This document shows positions 48,344-58,102 of a stretch of 64,000 nt of DNA, in pieces; the stretch's first letter is position 1; each line of letters starts with the position of its first letter. A model generated the notes under the pieces. The model did no database searches, was not told the origin of the DNA, and worked only from the letters and a program-made list of their open reading frames with translations. A program made the translations under genes and the position numbers. The DNA is from Acidobacteriota bacterium (GTDB lineage: Bacteria; Acidobacteriota; Vicinamibacteria; Vicinamibacterales; 2-12-FULL-66-21), in NCBI GenBank assembly GCA_016184105.1, contig JACPDI010000037.1, positions 25,031 through 89,030 of the forward strand, in the 5' to 3' direction.

Positions 48344-51300
48344 TCAGAACAGGTAGCGCACGGTGAACCGCGCTTCGATCGGCGCCTGGAAGGCGGACGG
48401 CAGCAGGAACCTGGGATCCTGCCGCAGCCCCTGCGCCGCGATGAGCGCGCGCGTGTCCACGCCCGAGAAGAACTGTGTCTCGGTGACGTTGACCGACTGG
48501 CCCGAGGCGAGCTCGGTGCGGAACTTCTCGGTCTCGTTCTCTTCGTCGAAGAGGTTCAGGATGTTGAAGCCAACCTGCAGCTTCTGACCGTTCCCGACGC
48601 CGAAATCGTGCTGCACCGTCAGGTCGGTCTGGGAGAAGACCGACGTGCGGCCGTCGCTCTTTCTCCCGAGATACATCACGGGGAAGGCGTTGCCTGCGAT
48701 AAACGCCGCCTCGCGGGTGACGGGCACGCCGCTCGACACGAACTGGCTCACGCCGACGGTCGTGCCGAACGGCAGGTCGTAGATGAAATGCGCCTTGAAC
48801 TGGTGCGGGCGATCGGTGGCCAGCCGGCCGAGGATCGACTCGCCGCGCTCGTTGAACGACATCACCGGGCTGTCGAAGTTCCGGCCGACGTTCGGGCTGA
48901 GGCGTCCCGGCTCGTCGGACTGCGCCAGGCCCGAGTAGTTGCCGTACAGGCGGCTCCACAGGTAGCTCGCCCGCAGCGCCCACCGGTCCGACAGGTTCCT
49001 GTTGACCGAGAACTCAAGGCTGTCGTAATCGCGCACCGCCTCGGGGAACGGAATGGGGGTCGTGCCTCCCTCAGGCACGAAGCTCGCCGACTGGCTGAAC
49101 CCCGGGTTGCCGATCTTGAAGATCTCGTTCTGGTTCTCGTCGAGGAAGCCGATGTCTTCGACCGCCTTGTCGATCTGCTTGTGCACGTACCGCACGCCGA
49201 CCGAGATCGTCGGTGTCAGCGCGTGATCCAGGCCGAAGACCGCCTCCTGCGAGCGCGTCGGATCGATGCCCGGATCGATCGTCTCGTCGCCCGGTGAGTT
49301 GGACGGGCTCCGGAAGTTCACGGGCCCGAGGAGCAGGCGGCCCGGGCAGGCTGGCGGGCAGCTCGCCGGATTGAGCGCGTTGAAGTCCGGGGTGTCGAGC
49401 GTGTACCAGTACTCGAGCCAGTGCTCGCCGCCGAACGACCCGCGCGGCAGCTCGAGCTTCATGATGTCGTAGAAGATCCCCCACGAGCCGTACGCCTTCC
49501 AGCGCCCGTCGCCGTTGATGTCGTACGCGAAGCCGACGCGCGGCGCCAGCTTGTCGGCGAAATCCCACTCGACGGCGGACGACGCGATGCCCCCTTCCGT
49601 GGTGAACGACGGCACGTTCTCGTTCTCGGTCCTCAGGCCGAGATTGAGCGTCAGCCGGTCGTTCGGCGTCCACGCGTCCTGGATGAACAGCCCGACGTTG
49701 TTGCTGTCGATGTCGCCGCCCCGCAGGAATCCCAGCTCGGGACGAAGGCCGTTGCTGCGGATCCGGTAGTAGCCGAACTGGCCCCGCTGGCCGCGGAAGC
49801 TCTCGTTCCAGAAGATCTGCGTCCGATGGCCCGTTTCTCCGGCATCGACGTTGTTGCCGATGCGGTCCACCTGCACGCCCCCCTTGAAGGTGTGCTGGCC
49901 GCCGAAGCTGGCGTAGTAGGTCGTGTCGGCCTGGAAGTTCAGCCTCGTCTTCTCGTCCTTCCGTGTCTCGAAGTTCGTCGAGACGTTCCGGAACCCGGTC
50001 GCCCGCTGGAACGCCGCCGGTACTCCCGGCATCCCGATGTTCGACGTGATGAACGAAATCCCCGGTGCTTGAGGAATCCCGTCGTCTTCGATGTCGCTGA
50101 AGAAGTAGCCGCCCCTCACGCCGAAGTACAACCGGTCGTTCGCGACGTAGTCGAGGTGGCCGGAGAGCGACCAGTTCGGGAAGGTGGTGTCGATGTCGAA
50201 CAGGGTGTCGGGGGCATCGGTGCCGCTCAAAGACGGCAGGAGCCCTTCACGTTTCGAGCGGCTGAGGTTGTAGGCAATGCGGCCGACCAGCCGGTCGGTG
50301 ATCTGGCTGCGCACGTTGGCCGCCGCGTTGTGGGCCGTCACGTCCTGCTCGCGCGTCAGCGCCTGGCCGGTCGCCCTCAGCGTCACGGTGCGCTCGGTGT
50401 TGGTGATTGCCGGCAGGTAGCCGCCGAAGAACCAGACGCGGTCCTTCACGATCGGCCCGCCGATGCTGAACCCCGGCTCGATGCGCGTCTCGTCGTCTTC
50501 GGGGAACGTCACGAACTCGGCGATGCGCGAATTCTCGAGGCCGAGCCGCAGCGTCGGCCGCCGGCTGCCGGTCAAGGCATCCCCTGAAAAGTGGAACGTC
50601 CCCTCGCCGTGGAACGCGTTGCTGCCGCTCTTGCTGACGACGTTGAGCACGCCGCCCGTCGAGCCGCCGAACTCGGCGGTGTACCCGCTCGACCGGACCT
50701 CGACGTCATCGATGAACTCGGTGACCACGCCCTTGCCCTGGCTGCCGTTGACCATCTGCGTGGTGTCGACACCGTCCACGTAGAAGCGGTTCTCACCGGC
50801 GCTGGCGCCGTCGATCGAGATGCCGCCGCCGAAGCGCCCCTCCGTGTTGACGCCCGGCGCCTGGGCCACGATCGTCGAGAAGTCCCGCCCCTTGGGCAGC
50901 TTCTCGAGGAACTCGGCGCGGATGTGGGTCGACTTCTCGCTCTGTTTCACGTCGACGATCGCCGACTCCGCGGACACCTGGACCGACTCGGCCACGCCCG
51001 CCACGCCGAGGCTGAAATCCACTTTCTTGATCTGTCCGACGGCCGCCTGCACGCCGGTGGCTGACGCCGGTGTGAATCCCGAGAGTTGCGCCGCGACGTG
51101 GTAGGTCCCGGGTGCCAGCGAGGGGAACCGGTACGCTCCGCTGTTGTCGGTCGTCGCCGACTGGACGACGCCGCCCGCGCTGCGCGCTTCCACCGTCACT
51201 CCCGGCAGCACGGCGCCGGATGTGTCTTTGACCACGCCTTCAATCGCCGCCCGCTGCTCCTGCGCGGCGCCGGGCATCGCCAGCCACAGCAGGGACAGCA

Positions 51301-51373
51301 GCACGGCGGAGCCCCTGTACACGTTCCGCCGCGTGTTTCTCTCGCTTGAAATCTCGTCTTGCGTGCGCGACAT
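48344..51373 (-). CDS. TonB-dependent receptor (Oar-like)
   Basis: GVVKDTSGAVLPGVTV, LPKGRDF, SGYTAEFGGSTGGV, APRVGFAYD, C-terminal VRYLF. Confidence 0.93.
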   Translation of the reverse strand: MSRTQDEISSERNTRRNVYRGSAVLLSLLWLAMPGAAQEQRAAIEGVVKDTSGAVLPGVTVEARSAGGVVQSATTDNSGAYRFPSLAPGTYHVAAQLSGFTPASATGVQAAVGQIKKVDFSLGVAGVAESVQVSAESAIVDVKQSEKSTHIRAEFLEKLPKGRDFSTIVAQAPGVNTEGRFGGGISIDGASAGENRFYVDGVDTTQMVNGSQGKGVVTEFIDDVEVRSSGYTAEFGGSTGGVLNVVSKSGSNAFHGEGTFHFSGDALTGSRRPTLRLGLENSRIAEFVTFPEDDETRIEPGFSIGGPIVKDRVWFFGGYLPAITNTERTVTLRATGQALTREQDVTAHNAAANVRSQITDRLVGRIAYNLSRSKREGLLPSLSGTDAPDTLFDIDTTFPNWSLSGHLDYVANDRLYFGVRGGYFFSDIEDDGIPQAPGISFITSNIGMPGVPAAFQRATGFRNVSTNFETRKDEKTRLNFQADTTYYASFGGQHTFKGGVQVDRIGNNVDAGETGHRTQIFWNESFRGQRGQFGYYRIRSNGLRPELGFLRGGDIDSNNVGLFIQDAWTPNDRLTLNLGLRTENENVPSFTTEGGIASSAVEWDFADKLAPRVGFAYDINGDGRWKAYGSWGIFYDIMKLELPRGSFGGEHWLEYWYTLDTPDFNALNPASCPPACPGRLLLGPVNFRSPSNSPGDETIDPGIDPTRSQEAVFGLDHALTPTISVGVRYVHKQIDKAVEDIGFLDENQNEIFKIGNPGFSQSASFVPEGGTTPIPFPEAVRDYDSLEFSVNRNLSDRWALRASYLWSRLYGNYSGLAQSDEPGRLSPNVGRNFDSPVMSFNERGESILGRLATDRPHQFKAHFIYDLPFGTTVGVSQFVSSGVPVTREAAFIAGNAFPVMYLGRKSDGRTSVFSQTDLTVQHDFGVGNGQKLQVGFNILNLFDEENETEKFRTELASGQSVNVTETQFFSGVDTRALIAAQGLRQDPRFLLPSAFQAPIEARFTVRYLF

Positions 51374-51621
51374 GGATCGCCTCCTCTTGTATTTCCAGTC
51401 CTATTTCCAGTCCGTGACGGAGGAGTGGCGTTACGTGAGGCGATTCACACACGCGCCCTGTTTCGGACGGCTCCGCGTCCGTGCCGCGCCGGCGGCTGTG
51501 AGGAACCTCACTGCAACGCGGCCTGGCCGTAACGCGCGGCCGATGCGCCGGACCACACCGTTGCGACGCGTGCGTGGTGGGGGCCGAGCGAACCAGTCAG
51601 GCGCGTCGGTGTGAGGCTTCG

Positions 51622-54600
51622 ATGGAACCGAATCGGCTGTCGTCCAGCTTGTCCGCCCGGATCCTGTCAGTCACCTGTGCCGCCGTGGTTGCCGCCACGG
51701 TCGCGGCTCACGCGCAGACGCCGTTCTTCCCGTACCACGGCAAGAACCGGATCCAGTACGACTCGTTCGAGTGGCACGTCTACACGACCGACCACTTCGA
51801 AATCTATTACTACCCCGAGACCGAGGTGCATCTCGAGCGCGTCGCGAGCTACGCCGAGAGCGCGTACCAGCAGATCAGCGCCGATTTGAAGCACGACCTG
51901 GGGCACAAGGTGCCGCTGGTGCTGTTCAAGACCCAGAGCGAGTTCCAGCAGCAGAACATCGAGCCGGCCGAGCTTCCGGAAGGCGTGCTGGCGTTCGCCG
52001 AGCCGTTCCGCCACCGCATCGTCCTGCCGATCGACGAGCCGTCGGACGCGCTCTACCGGCTGATCACCCACGAGCTGACGCACCAGTTCGAGTTCGACAT
52101 CATCCCGCGCTCGCTGGTGCGGCGCTCGCTGCCGTTGTGGGTGGATGAAGGACTGGCCGATTACCTGACCGGGTACTGGAACGCGTTCGACCTGATGACG
52201 GTGCGCGATGCGGCGCTGGCCGACGGCATTCCGCGGATGAGCGATTTCCAGGGGGCGGCGTTCGTCGACGGGCGGCTGCCGTACAACCTCGGGCACGCGG
52301 CGTTCGAGTTCATCGAGTCGCGCTGGGGCAAGGAGGGGATCCGCCGCTTCCTGTTCTCGCTGCGCAAGACCGTCATCGGCGGGGGGGAGAGCCCGTACGA
52401 GGAGGCGCTCCGCCTGAAGTCCGAGGAATTCGACGAGCAGTTCCGGAAGTACCTCAGGGACCGGTTCAAGCCGTTCCGCGACCGCGAAATTGCCGGCGAT
52501 TACGGCCGCAACCTGGCGCCGGATCGCGAGAAGACGCCGTACCCCGTCGCGCTCTCGATTGCCGCCTCCCCCTCGAGTGAGATGCTGGCCGTCGCCGCCG
52601 GGAACCGGAAGGACCAGGAACTGGACATCCTGCTCATCTCCGCCGCCGACGGCCGCGTGATCCGCAACATGACGAGCGGCTTCAACAAGGACCGCGGGTT
52701 CGAATACATCGCGTCCCCCGGCGGCTTCCGCAACAACGCGGTGCCCTGGATGTCGTGGAGCCCCGCCGGGGACGTCATCGCGTACTTCGCGCGGACCGAG
52801 AAGCACAAGACGCTGATCCTCCAGAACGTCGCGACGGGCAAGATCGACAGGCGCGTCCCGCTGAAGACCGTGGACATGCCGGAGTCGCCGAGCGTCAGCC
52901 CGGACGGCCGGACGGTGGCGTTCTCGGCGCTGAGCGGCGCGGTCGGCGACATCTTCCTCGTCGACGTGCAGACCGGGGATGTCCGCAACCTGACCGGTGA
53001 CGCCTTCGGCGACTTCGCCCCGGTGTTCTCGCCCGACGGCACGTCGCTCGTCTACCTGGCGCGCGTCAGCGGCAGCAACAAGCTGTTCCGCCTGGACCTG
53101 TCGAGCGGGAAGAAAGTCCAGGTCAGCTTCGGCACCCACGACGATGGGGGGGCGCAGTTCCTCGACCGGGACACGATCGTGTTTCCCTCGACGGCCGTGG
53201 ACCCGCGGCTGGTCGTCGCTCCGGACATCGCGCGCAACGGCCAGATCTACAACCTCTGGACGCTGAACCTCGCCAACGGCGAGCTGCGCCAGCTCACCGA
53301 CACGCTGACGGCGAACGTCTCGCCCGTCGTGCTCCGCGACGGGGCGCAGCGGCGCATCGCGTTTGTCACGTACCACAAGGGGGAGTACAGCATCCACACG
53401 CTGACGCGCGGCGAGCCGGTCGCGACAATCGCGAGCGCGGATTTCGGCACGCCGGGGCCGATCGTCGACTTCCAGCCGCCGCTCGAGCACACGCTCATCG
53501 AGAGCAACCGGCGGAAGAAGGGCGCCTTCGAGAAGATGCTCCTCGAGGGACGGCCGCCGGTGAACGTCGGCGTGACGAGCGGCGGCGACCTGTTCGGCGG
53601 CACGCAGCTCACCTTCACCGACGTGCTCGGGAACCAGCAGCTCAACCTGTTCGCCGCCTCCGTCTCGCAGTTCCAGTCGGCGGCCGTGTCGTACGTGAAC
53701 ATCGGGCGGCGGCTGCAATACGCGCTGCAGGGCTTCTCGCAGACGCAGTTCTTCTTCGGCAACCAGCCCGGCGTGCTGTTCGACCAGCAGCTCGCCTTTC
53801 TCGACCGCGACACCGCGCGCGCGACGCAGACCGCGCGCGGCATCACGGCGTTCGGCATCTACCCCTTGAACCGCTACGCCCGCGTGGAGTTCTCCGGCGG
53901 CTTCATGAGCTTCAAGCAGGAGTTCGAGGAGCCGGCGCTCCAGGAGCTCGCCGACCAGTTCCAGCGCGAGCGGCTGGGGCGGACCGTGTTCTCGGATGGC
54001 AACCTGATGCCCCTCGGAGTGGCGTACGTGCGGGAGACGACGGTCTTCCGCGAATACGGGCCGCTGGCGGGTGACACCCTCCGCGTCGGATACGAGTACG
54101 CGCCGTCGTTCGGCGGCCTGCTGTCGCGGCAGACCGCCGACCTCGACGCGCGCTACTACTTGCGGCTCGCCACCAACGGCGTGCTCGCCCTTCGCCTGCG
54201 CGGCTACCGGAGCTGGGGAGACGTCCCCGGCTTCCTGTACTTCGGCGGCAACTCCGAGCTGCGCGGCTACGACTACCTGGAGTTTCTCGGGAACAAGGCG
54301 CTCTTCGCGAACGCGGAGCTGAGATTCCCGCTCATCGAAGCGGCGCTCACCCCGCTCGGCGTCATCGGCGGCCTGCGCGGCGTGATGTTCGCGAACTTCG
54401 GCGGCGCCGGCCTGAACGGCCGGTCGTTCAAGCTCTGGACCGGCAAGACGGTCGAGCACACGCCGCTCCTCGGCTTCGCGCCGGATCCGCTGTCGCCGAC
54501 CGGAGCGCAGCTGGTGTTCGGCCCGGCCGAGAGCATTCCGGGATTCAAGCTGGTGGACGGGCGCGCCTCCTACGGCCTCGGGCTCGAGACCTTCGCGCTG

Positions 54601-54756
54601 GGATTCCCGATACACTTCGACTGGTCGTGGCGGACGCTGTTCAACCGCCGGTGGGAGGACGCCGTGTTCGCCCTCCAGGGACGGCAGGCAGGGAAGAGCG
54701 GCAGCGAATGGTTCAGAGAGCCACGCTTCTCCGTGTGGATCGGGTACGACTTCTAG
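51622..54756 (+). CDS. BamA/Omp85-family outer membrane protein with N-terminal peptidase MA-like (HExxH) and TolB/PD40 beta-propeller domains
   Basis: HELTH...WVDEGLA; SWSPAG/SPDG repeats; GGNSELRGY; NAELRFP; C-terminal GYDF. Confidence 0.85.
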   Translation: MEPNRLSSSLSARILSVTCAAVVAATVAAHAQTPFFPYHGKNRIQYDSFEWHVYTTDHFEIYYYPETEVHLERVASYAESAYQQISADLKHDLGHKVPLVLFKTQSEFQQQNIEPAELPEGVLAFAEPFRHRIVLPIDEPSDALYRLITHELTHQFEFDIIPRSLVRRSLPLWVDEGLADYLTGYWNAFDLMTVRDAALADGIPRMSDFQGAAFVDGRLPYNLGHAAFEFIESRWGKEGIRRFLFSLRKTVIGGGESPYEEALRLKSEEFDEQFRKYLRDRFKPFRDREIAGDYGRNLAPDREKTPYPVALSIAASPSSEMLAVAAGNRKDQELDILLISAADGRVIRNMTSGFNKDRGFEYIASPGGFRNNAVPWMSWSPAGDVIAYFARTEKHKTLILQNVATGKIDRRVPLKTVDMPESPSVSPDGRTVAFSALSGAVGDIFLVDVQTGDVRNLTGDAFGDFAPVFSPDGTSLVYLARVSGSNKLFRLDLSSGKKVQVSFGTHDDGGAQFLDRDTIVFPSTAVDPRLVVAPDIARNGQIYNLWTLNLANGELRQLTDTLTANVSPVVLRDGAQRRIAFVTYHKGEYSIHTLTRGEPVATIASADFGTPGPIVDFQPPLEHTLIESNRRKKGAFEKMLLEGRPPVNVGVTSGGDLFGGTQLTFTDVLGNQQLNLFAASVSQFQSAAVSYVNIGRRLQYALQGFSQTQFFFGNQPGVLFDQQLAFLDRDTARATQTARGITAFGIYPLNRYARVEFSGGFMSFKQEFEEPALQELADQFQRERLGRTVFSDGNLMPLGVAYVRETTVFREYGPLAGDTLRVGYEYAPSFGGLLSRQTADLDARYYLRLATNGVLALRLRGYRSWGDVPGFLYFGGNSELRGYDYLEFLGNKALFANAELRFPLIEAALTPLGVIGGLRGVMFANFGGAGLNGRSFKLWTGKTVEHTPLLGFAPDPLSPTGAQLVFGPAESIPGFKLVDGRASYGLGLETFALGFPIHFDWSWRTLFNRRWEDAVFALQGRQAGKSGSEWFREPRFSVWIGYDF

Positions 54757-55646
54757 CGGCGCTGGGGATCGCGCTGCTCTGTCCGCCGCGCGCCGCCCTC
54801 GCCGGGCCGATCACGTTTCTCACGGCGCTGCCGGTCGCGCAGGGGCAGGCCGTGATCCGCGGCCAGTACCTGCTCGTCCGCGCGTCCGGCGATCCGACGC
54901 CGGCGGACCGCGAGCTGACCGTGCAGGGCGTGCCGCTGGCCGTGGCGGTCGGCGCGACGCCGCGGCTGGCGATCTTCGGCGTCGTGCCGATCGCGCGCAA
55001 ATCGATGACGGCCACCACCCCCATGGGCCGCGTGACCCGCGACAGCACGGGGCTCGGCGACGTCGCCGCCTTTGCCAGGTACACGCTGTACTCCGTCGAC
55101 ACGACGGCGTCGACGCTCCGGATTGCGCCGTTCGGCGGGCTGAAGCTCCCGACGGGCGAGAGCGACGAGTCGGACGCGCTCGGCCGGCTGCCGCGACCGC
55201 TGCAGCCGGGCTCGGGCTCCTGGGACGTGCTCGGCGGCGCCGCCGTCACGTTCCAGACCAAACAGTGGGAGATCGATGCCGACGCCGGGGTGAGGAGAAC
55301 CACCGCAGCGGACGGCTTCGAGTTCGGCGACGAGTCGTTCGCCGACGTGTCGTTTCAATATCGCGTGTGGCCGCGACGGCTCGGCGGCGGCGTCCCCGCT
55401 TTCCTTTTCGCCGTCGTCGAGTCCAATCTGGTGGTGCAGGGCAGGCATCGCAGCGCGGGCGTCCCCGATCCAGATTCCGGCGGCACCCGGTGGGACGTGG
55501 ACCTCGGCCTGCAGCACGTCACGACGCGCGTCATCGTCGAGGGGATCGTGCAGATACCCGTCGTGGACGATCCCCGGGGCGCGGGACTGCGGAGCGATTT
55601 CCGTGTGATGGCCGGCGTCCGCTGGAACGTGACGCTGCCATTCTGA
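54735..55646 (+). CDS. Outer-membrane beta-barrel transporter (MetA-pathway/SphA-like)
   Basis: GLGDV, GLKLPTG, LQPGSGSWD; C-terminal Phe. Start uncertain. Confidence 0.7.
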   Translation: MDRVRLLAALGIALLCPPRAALAGPITFLTALPVAQGQAVIRGQYLLVRASGDPTPADRELTVQGVPLAVAVGATPRLAIFGVVPIARKSMTATTPMGRVTRDSTGLGDVAAFARYTLYSVDTTASTLRIAPFGGLKLPTGESDESDALGRLPRPLQPGSGSWDVLGGAAVTFQTKQWEIDADAGVRRTTAADGFEFGDESFADVSFQYRVWPRRLGGGVPAFLFAVVESNLVVQGRHRSAGVPDPDSGGTRWDVDLGLQHVTTRVIVEGIVQIPVVDDPRGAGLRSDFRVMAGVRWNVTLPF

Positions 55647-55667
55647 ACGGAGAAGGGTGAATTCACC

Positions 55668-56018
55668 ATGCGCACATCTCTCTCTCTGCGCGCGCGGCGG
55701 CTGCAAACGCCGATTGCGGTCCTGGCGGCCGTGTGGCTGTTCGCCGGCCCGTCGCGGGCAATCGCTCAGCAGCCGGAGGCCGCCCCGAAGCAGGCCGTCG
55801 TCACCGTGCGGGGCATGCAGTGTCCTTTCTGCGCGTACGGGATCCAGAAGCAGCTCAAGAAGCTCGCCGGCGTCGCGCGCGTACACGTCGAACTGGAAAA
55901 AAACCAGGCCGTCGTGACGCTTGCGCCCGGCGCCACGGTGACCGGCGCGGACATTCAGCGGGCGATCCGGAAGGCGGGCTTCACGCCCGGCAAGATCGAG
56001 TGGAAGACGGCGCCCTGA
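55668..56018 (+). CDS. Secreted heavy-metal-associated (HMA) domain protein
   Basis: Signal peptide; VRGMQCPFC; AGFTP. Confidence 0.85.
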   Translation: MRTSLSLRARRLQTPIAVLAAVWLFAGPSRAIAQQPEAAPKQAVVTVRGMQCPFCAYGIQKQLKKLAGVARVHVELEKNQAVVTLAPGATVTGADIQRAIRKAGFTPGKIEWKTAP

Positions 56019-57031
56019 TGCCTGCGCGCCCGCCATGTCTTGCGGCCCGCGTGGCCGGCTTCCTCGCCGTGATGGCGGTTGCCGCGGTCGCCTCCGCCAT
56101 CGCCGCATGGGGAACCCGATGGACGATTCCGCAAGCGCGGCCCGACGCCGCGCGGTACGCGCTGCGGGCGCAGTGGAATGGGATCGCGGCGCCGGCCGGC
56201 AGGCTCCTCCGGCCGATCGGTGTCGCGGCTGCGCCCACCGGCGACGTGTACGTGACCGACGCGCGGCTGCGCGTCGTCCGCTTCAGCGCGTCCGGCGACG
56301 TCCTGGGCGCGTGGGGAACGGAGGGGGACGGCCCGGGAGAGTTCAGGAATCCCGTGGGGATCGCGGCCGGACCGGACGGCTCGGTGTACGTCTCCGACTA
56401 CGAGCAGGATCGCGTTCAGAAATTCACCCCGAACGGCACGTTCATCGTCGCGTTCGGTCGCTCGGGATCGGGCCCCGGAGAGTTCAACGCGCCCGCCGGC
56501 GTGGCTGTCGATGGGGCCGGTGGGGTCTACGTCGCGGATTTCTACAACCATCGGATACAGAAGTGGCACTCGAACGGGTCGTTCGCGCAGGTGATCGGCC
56601 GGCCGGGGCGCATCGGCCCTGGCGCGCTGCACTATCCGACCGCCGTCGCGGTGACCGGGGGTGGCGAGCTGATCGTCGCCGACGCGTACAACTACCAGGT
56701 GCAGTGGTTCGACACGGAGGGCAGACCGCTGCGGCGAGCCGGGTACCACCTGTTCTGGGTCTGGCCGCGACCAGCCGGCTCGACGAGCGGGTTCTTCGTT
56801 CCGAGCGGCGTTGCGGTCGATCGGCGCGGCGTGCTCCACCTCGCCGACAGCGGCAACCACCGGGTGGTCATGCTGTCGCCGGAAGGCGAGTACGTCACCG
56901 AATGGCGCGTTCCGAACGCTGATCCGAAGGTGTATTCCCCCGAGCACGTCGCCGTGTCGCCGGACGGGCGCACGCTGTATGCGGCCGATGCGGCGCGCAA
57001 CCGTGTGCTCGTTCTCGCCGTCGGCCGCTGA
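56018..57031 (+). CDS. NHL-repeat beta-propeller protein
   Basis: Repeats GPGEFxxPxGIA...VYVxD...NHRIQK. Confidence 0.88.
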   Translation: MPARPPCLAARVAGFLAVMAVAAVASAIAAWGTRWTIPQARPDAARYALRAQWNGIAAPAGRLLRPIGVAAAPTGDVYVTDARLRVVRFSASGDVLGAWGTEGDGPGEFRNPVGIAAGPDGSVYVSDYEQDRVQKFTPNGTFIVAFGRSGSGPGEFNAPAGVAVDGAGGVYVADFYNHRIQKWHSNGSFAQVIGRPGRIGPGALHYPTAVAVTGGGELIVADAYNYQVQWFDTEGRPLRRAGYHLFWVWPRPAGSTSGFFVPSGVAVDRRGVLHLADSGNHRVVMLSPEGEYVTEWRVPNADPKVYSPEHVAVSPDGRTLYAADAARNRVLVLAVGR

Positions 57032-57062
57032 ACAGGCGCGCACGACGATGTCGAGCGGCGCG

Positions 57063-58091
57063 TCAGCGCTTCCAGAGATCCGTTCCGGGAAAGTACCCCA
57101 GCCACCCGAACCAGAACGCCGGATAGGCGGGCGCCCGCTCGAGCTGCGCGCCTTTGAGCGGACCTGATACCGCGCGGCCGTCGGCAATCGACCAGCGGCT
57201 GCCGGTCTCGCGATCTTCGAGCGCCGCGGGCGTGCCTTCGATGAGGCGGAACGAGAGCACGCGGCCCGACACGCGCCGGCCGAACGCGACGATCGGGTGA
57301 TCGTCTCCTGCGGCGACCAGGACGACGGGCAGCGATCCCGCCGTCGCCTCCGCGAGGCGCGCGTCGCGCACGTCCCGCTCGACGAACGCGATTGCCCCCT
57401 CGCCGGCTCGCACGCCGATGATGCGCTCCTTGGGCGGCAGCCGCTTGTCGCGGACCCGCCGGTTCAGGATGCCGATGCGGCCGGGGTCCCTGTTGTACGT
57501 CTCGTACGCCGAATTCCGGACGCCGCGCTGCCTCAGCACCAGGCTGTTCGGATAGAGCTGCTTCCACTGCTTCCACGTCGCGTGCACGGACGGGACGACC
57601 TCGAGCGCGCGTCCCATCAAGGGGCCCTTCACGCCCCGGCCATCCACGTGCGTCCACAGCGTGCCGGTCTCGCGGTCGTACATCACGAGCCCGTCGCGAA
57701 ACAACATGCCGGACACGCCGAAAGAAAGCACCCGCCCGCCCGTCTCTCTGGCATACACGATGCCAGTGCCGCAGAGCGGTCACCAGGTCGCCGCGATCGG
57801 CCGCCCCTCGAAGACGTCGTTCACGATCTCGTGCCGATCGAGCAGCCAGGTGGAGTACGCGCGCTGCTCGCGCTCGCCGACGACGCCGAGCACCAGCTCG
57901 TTGTCACGCAGCGGCGCCTTCGACGCCGGCTCGAACTCCGGGTTGAAGATCGCCGGGATCGCATCGCGCGGCAGGATGACGTGCAGCCGGTCGTCGTCCC
58001 CCTCGCTTTGCCCGGCCGCGGTGACCGCCACCAGGGTCGCCGCCGCGACCGCCAGGCACGCTGTGAGCGCGGGAAGTGATCCGAATCGCAT
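57063..58091 (-). CDS. DUF3179 family selenoprotein (UxxC), 342 aa
   Basis: In-frame TGA 57780-57782: HEIVND...AATW-U-PLCGTGIVY...FGVSGML...MYDRETGTLW...FWFGW. Confidence 0.9.
57748..57766 (-). promoter_or_regulatory. Putative bacterial SECIS element
   Basis: CTGGCAT-CGTGT-ATGCCAG; the loop starts 20 nt after UGA; lower stem CCGCTCT/AGAGACGG. Confidence 0.78.
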
Positions 58092-58102
58092 GGGGAGCTC
58101 CG

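Noticed and set aside
51667-54615. Long antisense or alternative-frame ORFs (also 6468-8438, 14609-16558, 19254-21203, 36558-38549, 60909-63707)
   Set aside because: These are shadow ORFs of high-GC genes, Arg/Ala/Pro-rich and without family motifs.
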